NCBI GenBank assembly: GCA_038874595.1
Contig: JAVZCB010000004.1
Location: 32,001 to 96,000, forward strand
From: Candidatus Micrarchaeia archaeon
Lineage (GTDB): Archaea > Micrarchaeota > Micrarchaeia > CAILAH01
Reading direction: 5' to 3'
DNA: 64,000 bases
Shown here: positions 1-9,006 of the stretch, piece after piece
Layout of the letters: each line of letters opens with the position of its first letter
Numbering within the stretch: the stretch's first letter is position 1
Notes under the pieces: model-generated
What the model was told of the DNA's origin: nothing
What the model saw: the letters and a program-made list of their open reading frames with translations, nothing else
Databases searched by the model: none
Translations under genes and position numbers: made by a program

Positions 1-207
1 AAGGAGGATATACGCCTTACGGTAAACGAGCAGAGCATGAACATAAAGGTTGATACTGCTGAGAGGAAATATAACAAGACACTCAAGCTTCCTGCAAAGG
101 TAGATCCAAAGAGCGCATCTGCAACATACAAGAACGGTGTGCTTGAGGTAAGACTGAAAAAGATAGGTGAGCAGGAAGAAAGCGGGTATGATGTTAAGAT
201 ACATTAG
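1..207 (+). CDS. Small heat-shock protein (Hsp20/alpha-crystallin), 5'-truncated by window edge
   Basis: Frame 1 translated by hand: ...KYNKTLKLPAKVDPKSASATYKNGVLEVRLKK...YDVKIH*. Carries the A-x-Y-x-N-G-V-L Hsp20 signature and a C-terminal V-x-I motif. Confidence 0.9.
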   Translation, partial: KEDIRLTVNEQSMNIKVDTAERKYNKTLKLPAKVDPKSASATYKNGVLEVRLKKIGEQEESGYDVKIH

Positions 208-280
208 CCTAGAAGCAAATTCTTGCTAATAGGTATGTTTTTAAATATTTAATATGAAATAAACCCGAGGTGGAATACTT

Positions 281-598
281 ATGAATAAGTATGGATACTT
301 TGCATTGATTGCTTTGCTGCTCGCAATCAATGTGGCATTTGCTCAAACAAACACTGCGTTGAGCACGCAGCTTGAGAATATAAAGAACAGCCTTAAAACC
401 ATACTGCCTATCGTTGCAATCGTTATGATTGTGCTTGCGGGCGTGGTATACGCTGCAGGGCAGGTAATGGGAGCTGAGATGAGGTCCAGGGCAAGTGTGT
501 GGGCCACATCACTGCTTGTCGGTGCTATCATCGGATTGATACTCGCTGCAAGCGCTGAGGCTATCGTTGGCCTGTTCAGCAGCGCATCACTGTTCTAA
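281..598 (+). CDS. VirB2/TrbC-like (T4SS/Ced-type) pilin, copy 1
   Basis: Sec signal peptide ending AFA, an amphipathic helix, then two hydrophobic helices joined by a short charged loop (GAEMRSRA). GAGGTG RBS upstream. No class III prepilin motif. Confidence 0.7.
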   Translation: MNKYGYFALIALLLAINVAFAQTNTALSTQLENIKNSLKTILPIVAIVMIVLAGVVYAAGQVMGAEMRSRASVWATSLLVGAIIGLILAASAEAIVGLFSSASLF

Positions 599-976
599 AA
601 AACTAAAATCTCTTTTTTACATTTTTGTTTATTTGCAATCCTCTATGTTAATATTTAAAACTTCGCACCAAATATTTCTTTGAGGTGGAATACTTATGAA
701 TAAGTATGGATACTTTGCGCTGGTCGCATTGCTACTTGCAATCAACGTAGCATTTGCTGCTAACACACAATTGATCTCACAGCTTGAAGGCATAAAAAAC
801 AGCCTTAAAACCATACTGCCTATCGTTGCAATCGTTATGATTGTGCTTGCAGGCGTGGTATACGCTGCAGGGCAGGTAATGGGAGCTGAGATGAGGTCCA
901 GGGCAAGTGTGTGGGCCACATCACTGCTTGTCGGTGCTATCATCGGATTGATACTCGCTGCAAGCGCTGAGGCTAT
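386..976 (+). repeat. 179-bp direct repeat (386-564 and 798-976) covering the pilin core, 1 mismatch
   Basis: Direct comparison of the two copies; the only difference is g439 versus a851 (synonymous). Confidence 0.9.
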
Positions 977-1010
977 AGTAGGTCTGTTTAGCAGTGCATC
1001 ACTATTCTAG
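696..1010 (+). CDS. VirB2/TrbC-like pilin, copy 2
   Basis: Near-identical paralog of 281..598 with the same RBS context (gaggtggaatacttatg). Confidence 0.7.
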   Translation: MNKYGYFALVALLLAINVAFAANTQLISQLEGIKNSLKTILPIVAIVMIVLAGVVYAAGQVMGAEMRSRASVWATSLLVGAIIGLILAASAEAIVGLFSSASLF

Positions 1011-1042
1011 GCACTTTTCCTTTTTTTTATTAATTCTGTTTT

Positions 1043-2575
1043 ATGTGTGGTCAGATGAGATGGGGGTACTGGCCAGCTCTTTATTCCGTAATACTTCTTG
1101 TTTCCTTTGTAATAAGCGCATCACAACCGTTAGTCGGTGATGAAGAGCAATACGCAATTGCAATAAAAGATGTCCAGCACTATGGGATACAGCCGTATGC
1201 AACTTATTTTGGAGAGCCGATGTTCTGGAAGCCCCCACTTTCATTTGCAATCTATGGTATAATCACAGCGCCAATTATAGGGGTCTTCCCGGAAACCGTC
1301 GCACTCCGCATCCCTTCCCTTTTGTTTGTGATTTTAGGGGTTGTTGCGTATTACCTACTGGTAAAGGATGACCTGGGAGAGGAAAAAACAAAATATGCGG
1401 TTCTGATTCTCTTAGTATCCTTGCCTGTTTTTTGGTTTGGTACCAGGATATTGACAGATATACCCGCCTTCGCCTTTACGATTATTATGTTATATGCACT
1501 AAAGAGGTATGCTGCTAAATGGAATGCTGGATTTCTGGGGTTATATGCAATCTCATTAGTCATTATTGGGCTTACAAAATCAGCCGCAATTTCTGTGCTT
1601 GCATTCTTACTTAGCGTGGTATATCTTTGGACATCTGGTATAAAAGAGCATAGTAAAATGCTAATAGCCGTTCTTGTGGGAGCTATCACAGCAGGTTTTA
1701 TTTTTTTTGGATATCCTCTTCTTCTGCAGGGATACGGTGAGGATGCATACAACAGCGGATTATTCGATTTAATAAGGATAGTCACACCTTTCCTCGATGT
1801 CATAATTTATAGGAACCTGCCAATTTATGTTTTCTTAATGCTCCCGCTGGGTGTGGTTGCAGTATTTTTTGCCATAAAAAACGCAATAAAAAGCAGGTCA
1901 ATCTTATTCTACGAGATATGGGCACTTTCATCACTTGCAGCTGTGATTAGTGCATGGGGATTCCTGCCGTGGTATCTGCTGTTCTTTGCACCCGCGTTTG
2001 CATATGTGGTTGCAAGAAATATTGAGGATAATATCATTGATAAGGCAACTATTATCTTCTTGGTACTGATATCGCTTGCATTGCATTGGGGGGTATCCCT
2101 AGCATTTTTTGGAGTGAGACAGGACTCCAAAGAGATAATGGATTATATTAAGTATATTGGCGATGAGAAAGTCATGCTCATAACACAACTCTCTGACGGA
2201 ACGGTGAATGCAGTATATGACTTGCCATATAAAGTGATTGTTACACCTGAAATAGGGATGGGTCGGCTAGACGCAAAAACTCGCAACATAACGTTCTGGG
2301 GAGTGAAGGAAAACACCACTGTTCCCAACAATATGCGCGGGCTTATCTATGATTATGATAATGAATCACTGCTTCCAAAGTTCATAGATAAGCTGAATAA
2401 AAAAGATTTGTATGTGCCGCCGGTTGCAAGAACAAGAAAATACTGGGATGGGGGGTTTGATGTAATTATCGCAAGAAAAGATTATGCTGATTCAATAAAG
2501 AAAGTTGCACCAGAGTATAAGGTTGTTTACACAACATCAAACAATGTTTATTATGTTTTCAAAAAGGAAAGTTAG
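1043..2575 (+). CDS. GT-C fold glycosyltransferase (PMT/ArnT-like, GT39/GT83)
   Basis: Polytopic membrane protein with DE-x-x-Y (GDEEQY) and FWKPPL in the first loop, an R-I-P-S motif, and a soluble C-terminal domain. Confidence 0.85.
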   Translation: MCGQMRWGYWPALYSVILLVSFVISASQPLVGDEEQYAIAIKDVQHYGIQPYATYFGEPMFWKPPLSFAIYGIITAPIIGVFPETVALRIPSLLFVILGVVAYYLLVKDDLGEEKTKYAVLILLVSLPVFWFGTRILTDIPAFAFTIIMLYALKRYAAKWNAGFLGLYAISLVIIGLTKSAAISVLAFLLSVVYLWTSGIKEHSKMLIAVLVGAITAGFIFFGYPLLLQGYGEDAYNSGLFDLIRIVTPFLDVIIYRNLPIYVFLMLPLGVVAVFFAIKNAIKSRSILFYEIWALSSLAAVISAWGFLPWYLLFFAPAFAYVVARNIEDNIIDKATIIFLVLISLALHWGVSLAFFGVRQDSKEIMDYIKYIGDEKVMLITQLSDGTVNAVYDLPYKVIVTPEIGMGRLDAKTRNITFWGVKENTTVPNNMRGLIYDYDNESLLPKFIDKLNKKDLYVPPVARTRKYWDGGFDVIIARKDYADSIKKVAPEYKVVYTTSNNVYYVFKKES

Positions 2576-2580
2576 GGGAG

Positions 2581-4092
2581 ATGTTGAAAATGACTCCTAT
2601 AAAAAACATGGTGCTGTTTTTAATTGCGTTTGCATTGTACTTATTGATTGTATTATCATCTAATTACTGGTTTATAGGTGATGAAGGGTTTTATGCAATA
2701 AGCATTTTTGAAGCTATAAAAAACGGGCCGCAGCTTTACATAACATTCCTTGGCACACCGGTCTTCTGGAAGCCATTTCTGATGATAGATGTTTATGCAA
2801 TGCTGGTGCAGCCACTTGCAAGCGTGCTGCCTCCTTATACTGCATACAGAATTCCCTCAGCGCTCTTCTCTGCCATCAATGTTGTGCTTGTATATCACAT
2901 AAGCAAAGAGTTCTTCGAAGAGAAAAAAGCGCTTATGATATCCGCGCTGTATGCACTCAACCCACTGATACTTTTGTTTGGGACAAAGGTGTTTATGGAA
3001 TCTCTCACGATGTCTTTTGTGTTTTTTGGGCTTCTTGCAACAACTCATATATGCAAAAAAGATAGCAAGCTGGATTGGGTTTCGGCTTTTCTTGGGATAG
3101 CACTTGCCATCACTGGCGCATCTTTCTCAAAATCAACAACAATCGGGCTTATGGCGTTCCTGATTTATGGTATGTACGCGTTCCTGGCGAACAGGAAAAA
3201 AATATGGGTTATTGCGCTTGCAGGCGTTGTCTCAGCTGCGGTAGTTTTTATAGTTCCGTTCCTTACAAAATTTCCTGATGCATTCTTCAAGCTTTATATG
3301 GAGGACTTCTTTACAAGAAGGATTGATTTTGAAACCTACCCGGAAAACATAATCTCGATGGCAGCATTGTCATCCTATCTTATACCATTGCTTTTTGTAA
3401 GTATACTTGGAATACGTAAGCTGGATTCCAAAGAACTATTTCTTGTGCTGTGGGTATTGCCCCTTCCTGTGATTATGCTAATGACTCCATACGTATGGTA
3501 CGGTTATTACTTTGTTCTTCCGCTTGTTGCAATCTCATTGATGGGCATTTCTCCCAGCAACAAAATTGATATGGCTATTGTAATCGCGATGCTAGTGCTT
3601 GGACTTTTGATATATGCTGGTGCCGAGGCATCGCACAGCCAAATAAGTGAGCTCAAGACGATTGAGTATATGGAAAAGCACATTGAAAGGGAACAATGTA
3701 TTTTGTATGTTGGTGCATTAAGCCCAATGACTATTGCATACCTTGAAGTGAGCGGCCACAACTTTAATGCAATCATAAACAATGCTGCAATTGATAAAAA
3801 GGCCAACGGCACGAGCACTATCATTCTTGATGCAAACCTAACACAGGAACAATTGCAAGTTGCTGTTTATGATTATATGAATGTGAGGTTTGCCGAGGAT
3901 ATTTCAAATAGAAAATACCTGTTTGCGCAGTGGAAAGGCCCTGGGAGCAATTTAAGGCTCAAGAGCATCAATAAAAAATGCTCCGATTTTGAATATGTGA
4001 TTGTGACTGATTATTATAAGAGATTGACAATTAATGGATATCAGCTTGTAAGTGATGAGGATCAGATGCGCGTATGGAAAAGGCAAAAATAA
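2581..4092 (+). CDS. GT-C fold glycosyltransferase (PMT/ArnT-like), paralog of the upstream gene
   Basis: GDEGFY, FWKPFL and RIPSALFS motifs; more than 10 TM segments. Confidence 0.85.
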   Translation: MLKMTPIKNMVLFLIAFALYLLIVLSSNYWFIGDEGFYAISIFEAIKNGPQLYITFLGTPVFWKPFLMIDVYAMLVQPLASVLPPYTAYRIPSALFSAINVVLVYHISKEFFEEKKALMISALYALNPLILLFGTKVFMESLTMSFVFFGLLATTHICKKDSKLDWVSAFLGIALAITGASFSKSTTIGLMAFLIYGMYAFLANRKKIWVIALAGVVSAAVVFIVPFLTKFPDAFFKLYMEDFFTRRIDFETYPENIISMAALSSYLIPLLFVSILGIRKLDSKELFLVLWVLPLPVIMLMTPYVWYGYYFVLPLVAISLMGISPSNKIDMAIVIAMLVLGLLIYAGAEASHSQISELKTIEYMEKHIEREQCILYVGALSPMTIAYLEVSGHNFNAIINNAAIDKKANGTSTIILDANLTQEQLQVAVYDYMNVRFAEDISNRKYLFAQWKGPGSNLRLKSINKKCSDFEYVIVTDYYKRLTINGYQLVSDEDQMRVWKRQK

Positions 4093-4142
4093 TTCATCAT
4101 TAGCAAAAACAACCGATTAATTATAGCACACCTTAATGCCAG

Positions 4143-4835
4143 CTAACTTTTGCTTTTAAGCTTGCCAATTAAGAGCATAGCCACCTGCTTGAGAAACTCT
4201 GCCCTGGTTTTCAGGTCAAGCTTGCTGCTGCCTTTTTTGCGCATATGAAATACTATTGGAATTTCCTTCACCTTTGCAAACCGACCTCTCGCCAATATTT
4301 CAAGCAAAATCTTATAACCCACTGGATTGAGCCTTGGGACAAGGGATAGGAATTTCCTGCGTTCCAGCATAAAAAAGCCGCTTAGCGGGTCGTACGCTTT
4401 CATGCCAAGCACATCCCTGCATAGAAAGGTCCCAACCTTTGAATCGAGGCGCTGCTGGTTACGGAGGTTCTTCACAAACCGCGAGCCAATCACTATTGAG
4501 TTTGGGGTGCGCACTATATAGTTATACATTTCAGGCAGGTATTTCGGGTCGTGCTGAAGGTCACCATCCATAACACACACATACTTTCCTCTTGAGTGTT
4601 TCAGGCCGGTTATAACCGCACTTGAAAGCCCCATCTTTTTTCCGCGCTCAATTAGCCTTATCTTTTTATTTTTCTTTTGCAAGGCGCGCACGAGCGCTTC
4701 CGTGCCGTCTTCTGAGCCGTCATCTATGAATATCACTTCATAATCAATATTTTTGAGCGACGAACCTATCCTGGAGATAAGAACCGGGATATTGCCGGCT
4801 TCATTGTAAACTGGGATTATCACTGAAAGGTCCAC
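4143..4835 (-). CDS. Polyprenol/dolichol-phosphate mannose synthase-like GT2 glycosyltransferase (DPM1-like)
   Basis: SVIIPVYNE, IDDGSEDGT, MDGDLQHDP, DPLSGFF and GYKILLE motifs. Confidence 0.9.
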   Translation of the reverse strand: MDLSVIIPVYNEAGNIPVLISRIGSSLKNIDYEVIFIDDGSEDGTEALVRALQKKNKKIRLIERGKKMGLSSAVITGLKHSRGKYVCVMDGDLQHDPKYLPEMYNYIVRTPNSIVIGSRFVKNLRNQQRLDSKVGTFLCRDVLGMKAYDPLSGFFMLERRKFLSLVPRLNPVGYKILLEILARGRFAKVKEIPIVFHMRKKGSSKLDLKTRAEFLKQVAMLLIGKLKSKS

Positions 4836-4853
4836 GGGATAATAAATGAGTAA

Positions 4854-4870
4854 ATCTTTATATAAAAACG
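4854..4870. promoter_or_regulatory. TATA-like element in the compact divergent promoter between the GT2 gene and the Cys-rich protein
   Basis: TTTATATAAA about 20-30 bp from both starts. Similar elements occur at ~16557 (tttatataaa) and ~29860. Confidence 0.5.
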
Positions 4871-4886
4871 GCGCATATATACGGTT

Positions 4887-6011
4887 ATGGGAAGGATAAG
4901 CATACTTATAGCTTTGCTTATGTTGGGCAGTATGGCGCTTTCATTTGCGTGGACCGAATATACAAGCGCTACTGTGGCCAAGCTTGTGCTTCTGGAATCA
5001 TATCCGGAGTGTGCAGCACAGATTGAGGAGGGTGCGATACTCCCTTACAAAGAAGAGCAGGTTGACCCGGTGCTTAAGGAGCCTGTTAATTTCCATTGTG
5101 ATACACTCACGTGCCCTGCGTTTGACCCTAAATACTGCCAGACAAGCGTGAAGACTTGCCAGAGCGAAACGATGGCTGGCAAGATGAAAAATTATGCCAA
5201 GAAAGCGTGCAACTGTGAGCAGGCAAAGCTGCTTGCACAGGCAATCACTTATTACATTGCAAAGTACAACCCGATGAATCTTATGGTGAATGAGGAATGC
5301 CGTGATGAATTCAACAATGAGCTAGAGAAGGCTATCAGGAGCGGGCAGCCGCAGTGGGAGGTAAGGTTCCAGTGCAATGCACCAAACAGAGAGTTTGTGT
5401 TCACATCACAGAGGTATAATGAAATGCTCTATAACGCGAGGACGTTTGCGTTTGCAGAAGCATATTCCGGCTCACAACCGTGGTTCTGCTACACGCTTGG
5501 CAAGCCGGGGAATGGGGCAGGCAGCGGGCTGAAAAATACCGGTGCGCTCTGCGCAAAAAACTCTGAGTGCAAGAGCGGGCGCTGCAGCAATAATGTATGC
5601 TGTGATGCGGACATTTGCTGCCCGGTGCCTGGTGTTAAAGGGTACCCGTGCGGCCAAGGTGAAAAATGCAGCAGTGATTACACGTGTGTGCCTGTGAACG
5701 CCAGGAACGGTGAAAAGTGCGATTATAATGAGGAATGCCAGAGCGGAAACTGCAGGCCTGGAAGCGGTGCAAGCGTATCAACCAGATACTGCTGCGGTGC
5801 CGGGAACGAGTTCTGCTGTGCATCAAACTCAGACTGTGCAAGCGGGCACGAGTGTAAAAATTATGCGTGTGTTGCAAAGCCGTTTGTGCCGCAATCAAAC
5901 AATACCCCTGGGGAGGAAGAGCAGAAATCACAGGGGTGCCTGCCCATTGCAGTGCTTCTTGCTGTTGTCGGCGGCCTGTTTATTTATGACCGCGGGCTTG
6001 GGCGCAGATGA
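4887..6011 (+). CDS. Secreted Cys-rich surface protein with a degenerate Zn-phospholipase C/S1-P1-like N-domain and a C-terminal GCLP-TM-basic anchor
   Basis: Signal peptide, Dickkopf-like C-x4-C-x-S-G-x-C repeats, and C-terminus GCLPIAVLLAVVGGLFIYDRGLGRR. Confidence 0.65.
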   Translation: MGRISILIALLMLGSMALSFAWTEYTSATVAKLVLLESYPECAAQIEEGAILPYKEEQVDPVLKEPVNFHCDTLTCPAFDPKYCQTSVKTCQSETMAGKMKNYAKKACNCEQAKLLAQAITYYIAKYNPMNLMVNEECRDEFNNELEKAIRSGQPQWEVRFQCNAPNREFVFTSQRYNEMLYNARTFAFAEAYSGSQPWFCYTLGKPGNGAGSGLKNTGALCAKNSECKSGRCSNNVCCDADICCPVPGVKGYPCGQGEKCSSDYTCVPVNARNGEKCDYNEECQSGNCRPGSGASVSTRYCCGAGNEFCCASNSDCASGHECKNYACVAKPFVPQSNNTPGEEEQKSQGCLPIAVLLAVVGGLFIYDRGLGRR

Positions 6012-6017
6012 GCTCCT

Positions 6018-6767
6018 ATGGACTTAAACAAGTTTAGTATTATTTTCTCTTCTTCTGATATTGCCGGAAGGAATATTGCAAGAATGATAGCTGAAGCCGG
6101 ATATGGACAGGCACTTTGCGAACTCCCTGAAAACATTCTATACAAAAAATTTGATGATAACAGCGGTCCTTACATTGTATTGAGCCGCCATAGTAGTGAG
6201 AAAAAGATACGAGCAATAACGTGCCATTTCACGGGAAATTGGAGTGGTGAGGCAAAGTATGGCGGCAATCCGCGTGATGTTTGTATTGCAATGCCTTCCG
6301 TGATGAAGGGGGTTGCACAGTATATCTCAGGCAAAATAAACACACTTACTGGATATGTGTTTACACTTGAGGTGACACATCACGGTCCGACCGGGAATTT
6401 TCCAATGATGTTCGTTGAGATTGGGAGTTGTGAGGAGGATTGGGGGAATACACAGGCAGCTGGCATAATTGCAGATGCACTCCTTAACGCAAAAGAATCA
6501 GAGGATGGTGAAGTTGTGATAGGGGTAGGAGGGCCGCATTACGCACCTGATTTCACAAGGCTGCTTGATAAGTACAGGATTGCGCACATAATACCACAGT
6601 ATGCCGTTGACGGCCTTGCCCTGGAGACGTTCAGGATGGGTATTGAAAGGAGCACTGAGCGTGTTGAGAAAGTGCTTATTGCGTGGAAAGGCTTGACAGC
6701 GGCACAGCGTGAAAAGATTATTGGATTTTGTAATGAATGCGATATAGGATACATAAAATACAAATAA
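6018..6767 (+). CDS. dtdA: D-aminoacyl-tRNA deacylase (archaeal DTD2)
   Basis: SRHSS, TCHFTGN, EVTHHGP, FVEIGS and GGPHY motifs. Confidence 0.92.
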   Translation: MDLNKFSIIFSSSDIAGRNIARMIAEAGYGQALCELPENILYKKFDDNSGPYIVLSRHSSEKKIRAITCHFTGNWSGEAKYGGNPRDVCIAMPSVMKGVAQYISGKINTLTGYVFTLEVTHHGPTGNFPMMFVEIGSCEEDWGNTQAAGIIADALLNAKESEDGEVVIGVGGPHYAPDFTRLLDKYRIAHIIPQYAVDGLALETFRMGIERSTERVEKVLIAWKGLTAAQREKIIGFCNECDIGYIKYK

Positions 6768-6818
6768 CATAAAGCACTGCTAGTGATATGCCGGCACGCA
6801 AAATCTGTGGTGTGACCT

Positions 6819-8021
6819 TTAAAACTTGAAATAATCAGTTATTCTCTTCTGGCTGAGCACAACGTCGTTTTTCAGGTAAACCGATATGTCATTTGAAAGA
6901 ATGTGCTTTGCGTAAGATAACATATCTTCAAGGGATGAAAATTTGGTGGCGCCGGCCTTGAATGCATTACGGACATTCTCGCGGACCTGCCATACGCCTA
7001 CGGGGACCATATAGCCCGGCTCGACCTCCCTGATTACTATCGCACGTGCCTGGCGCCTGCGCTCAAACAGGTGCTCAACAACAGCATAACGTGATGCGTA
7101 GTACCCGCCGGCCTGCTGCTCTGCATATTTAGTCCTGCCTTCGAATGGCTCGTGCTCTTTCGTGATAAATGTGCCGGTTTCTGATAGGTTCCACGTGGTG
7201 CCGTGCGCCCACGCCTCGTAATTCTCAAACTCCCATCTGCCTGGAATGAGCATCACAACATACCTATTGCTCAGGTAATAGGAGGTGTAAAGCTCATAAT
7301 CAGATATCTCCGGGGCTTCGCGTATGGCCTCGAGATATATCTTTGCAATCATATCATCCATTGCAGTGATACTCCACCTTGTTGGGACAAGGCGCTTGCG
7401 GGCATTCTCACCAAAGATGCCTGCACTGAACACACGAGTCAAATAGTAATTGTCATACCCCCTGTAAAGCAGTTCCTTGACAGCTACTGAGGCCTTAATG
7501 TTTTCGCTTGCAAGCGAATCTATGCGCTTCGGTATCTTCGCATTGCCAGTTATCCTGTAGTTCTCGAGCTGGCCTATCGGGCCCATCGGCTGGGTCATAG
7601 GCGAAAACTCAACCTCAGGCTTGGGGGCATACTTAAACTTTATTTCAACATCAACCGGCTCCTGTGATAGCACGAGCTCCTGCATATCTGAGATATACTT
7701 ATCCTTAGCGAGCACTTCGCGCTTCACAGCACTCCTAAATAATTTTGACCTTTCCTCTACTATCTTGTCCAGCGGCTGCCCGAACATCCTGCGCGGGTCA
7801 TCCTCAACAGGGGTATCACTTGCCATAGCCCCAACCGCTACCACCGGGTATCCAACGTGCCCTACAAATATGTTTGGAGGTGATGGGCCAAAAACCTCCG
7901 TCTTGACATCTGCAAAAACCTTGTTCTGGATATTAAGCCTCTGCAGTATAGGGCAGTAATCAAGGCCACATAAGAGACGAGAACCTTTGCACGGGACACA
8001 TAAATGCGCTGGTGGCATCAT
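6819..8021 (-). CDS. nreA: Archaeal DNA repair protein Nre
   Basis: CxxCKG..LCGxxxCP N-terminus, RLVPTRWSITAMD, GGYYASR, PVGVWQVRENVR and C-terminal PIP box QKRITDYF. Start placed at the ATG following an AGGTG RBS. Confidence 0.92.
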   Translation of the reverse strand: MMPPAHLCVPCKGSRLLCGLDYCPILQRLNIQNKVFADVKTEVFGPSPPNIFVGHVGYPVVAVGAMASDTPVEDDPRRMFGQPLDKIVEERSKLFRSAVKREVLAKDKYISDMQELVLSQEPVDVEIKFKYAPKPEVEFSPMTQPMGPIGQLENYRITGNAKIPKRIDSLASENIKASVAVKELLYRGYDNYYLTRVFSAGIFGENARKRLVPTRWSITAMDDMIAKIYLEAIREAPEISDYELYTSYYLSNRYVVMLIPGRWEFENYEAWAHGTTWNLSETGTFITKEHEPFEGRTKYAEQQAGGYYASRYAVVEHLFERRRQARAIVIREVEPGYMVPVGVWQVRENVRNAFKAGATKFSSLEDMLSYAKHILSNDISVYLKNDVVLSQKRITDYFKF

Positions 8022-8106
8022 ATCAATCACACACCTAAAGGTCATTGACAAGCCGCTGCATGGCTGTTCACACCACATACGGCACATGCTTGCTTAAATT
8101 GTTGGG

Positions 8107-9006
8107 GTGTATGCTTTAATAGTTAATTGCACTAATTCTGCTGTGGATGCTGCTGAGTTCTTCAACGAGTATTTTGTCAGGCCTATCATAATGCACGAAG
8201 GGTATAACTCAATCAACACTATCACCTATGCAATCATAGCAGTCATTGCAGCTTTTCTTATTTATAAGTTATTCAGAAAAGCTGGTGCTGAATTCAACAG
8301 GGATTTTATTGTGCGTGTAATCCCCTATATACTGTTGGGCTCAACAGTACGTGTGGTTACAGACAGCATAACAACCGGCGGGATGCAAGCATACGTGGGG
8401 CCCTTCAGGCCTGTATACGACGTTATTCTTGCAAGCCACATATACGATTATGGGTTCCTGACGGCAAGCCCGGGAATATTTTTCGTGATTGGGATTTTTG
8501 CAATAGCAACCATGTATTATTCATACAGGAGCAGGAACTATGACTTCGGTGCCAAGCTTGCATTTGCACTGTTCGTATTACATCTCATAATCCTGCTTCC
8601 ATTGTTTACGAATGTCACTTTTGGAGCACTCATAATAATACTTGCGGGTAGCATATGTGGGCTCTATATGGCATTCAAAAAAGAAAGTACAGTACCAATG
8701 CACTGGCTCGTGGTATTCTCGCAGGCACTTGACGGCAGTGCAACCTTTGTAACACTGGATATATATAATAGAATGCACAACGGGGGATATGTTGAGCAGC
8801 ACGTGCTTGCCAACCATCTCGCCTCAATTGCTGGGGACTCGATGGTTTTATTCCTGGCACTTAAGGTATTGCTTGCAATAGGTATTGTGTGGCTGCTCGA
8901 GAAGGAAAAAAACCAAAATGAGAAGGGATACATCGCACTGCTCATCATCATATTTGGGCTTGCACCCGGCGTGCGTGACCTGCTCAGGCTTGTGTGTGGT
9001 GTTTAG
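8107..9006 (+). CDS. DUF63 family membrane protein
   Basis: GYNxINTxxY, TxSPGIFF, LDGSATF, YVEQHVL and GLAPGVRD motifs. True start may be slightly downstream. Confidence 0.85.
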   Translation: MYALIVNCTNSAVDAAEFFNEYFVRPIIMHEGYNSINTITYAIIAVIAAFLIYKLFRKAGAEFNRDFIVRVIPYILLGSTVRVVTDSITTGGMQAYVGPFRPVYDVILASHIYDYGFLTASPGIFFVIGIFAIATMYYSYRSRNYDFGAKLAFALFVLHLIILLPLFTNVTFGALIIILAGSICGLYMAFKKESTVPMHWLVVFSQALDGSATFVTLDIYNRMHNGGYVEQHVLANHLASIAGDSMVLFLALKVLLAIGIVWLLEKEKNQNEKGYIALLIIIFGLAPGVRDLLRLVCGV

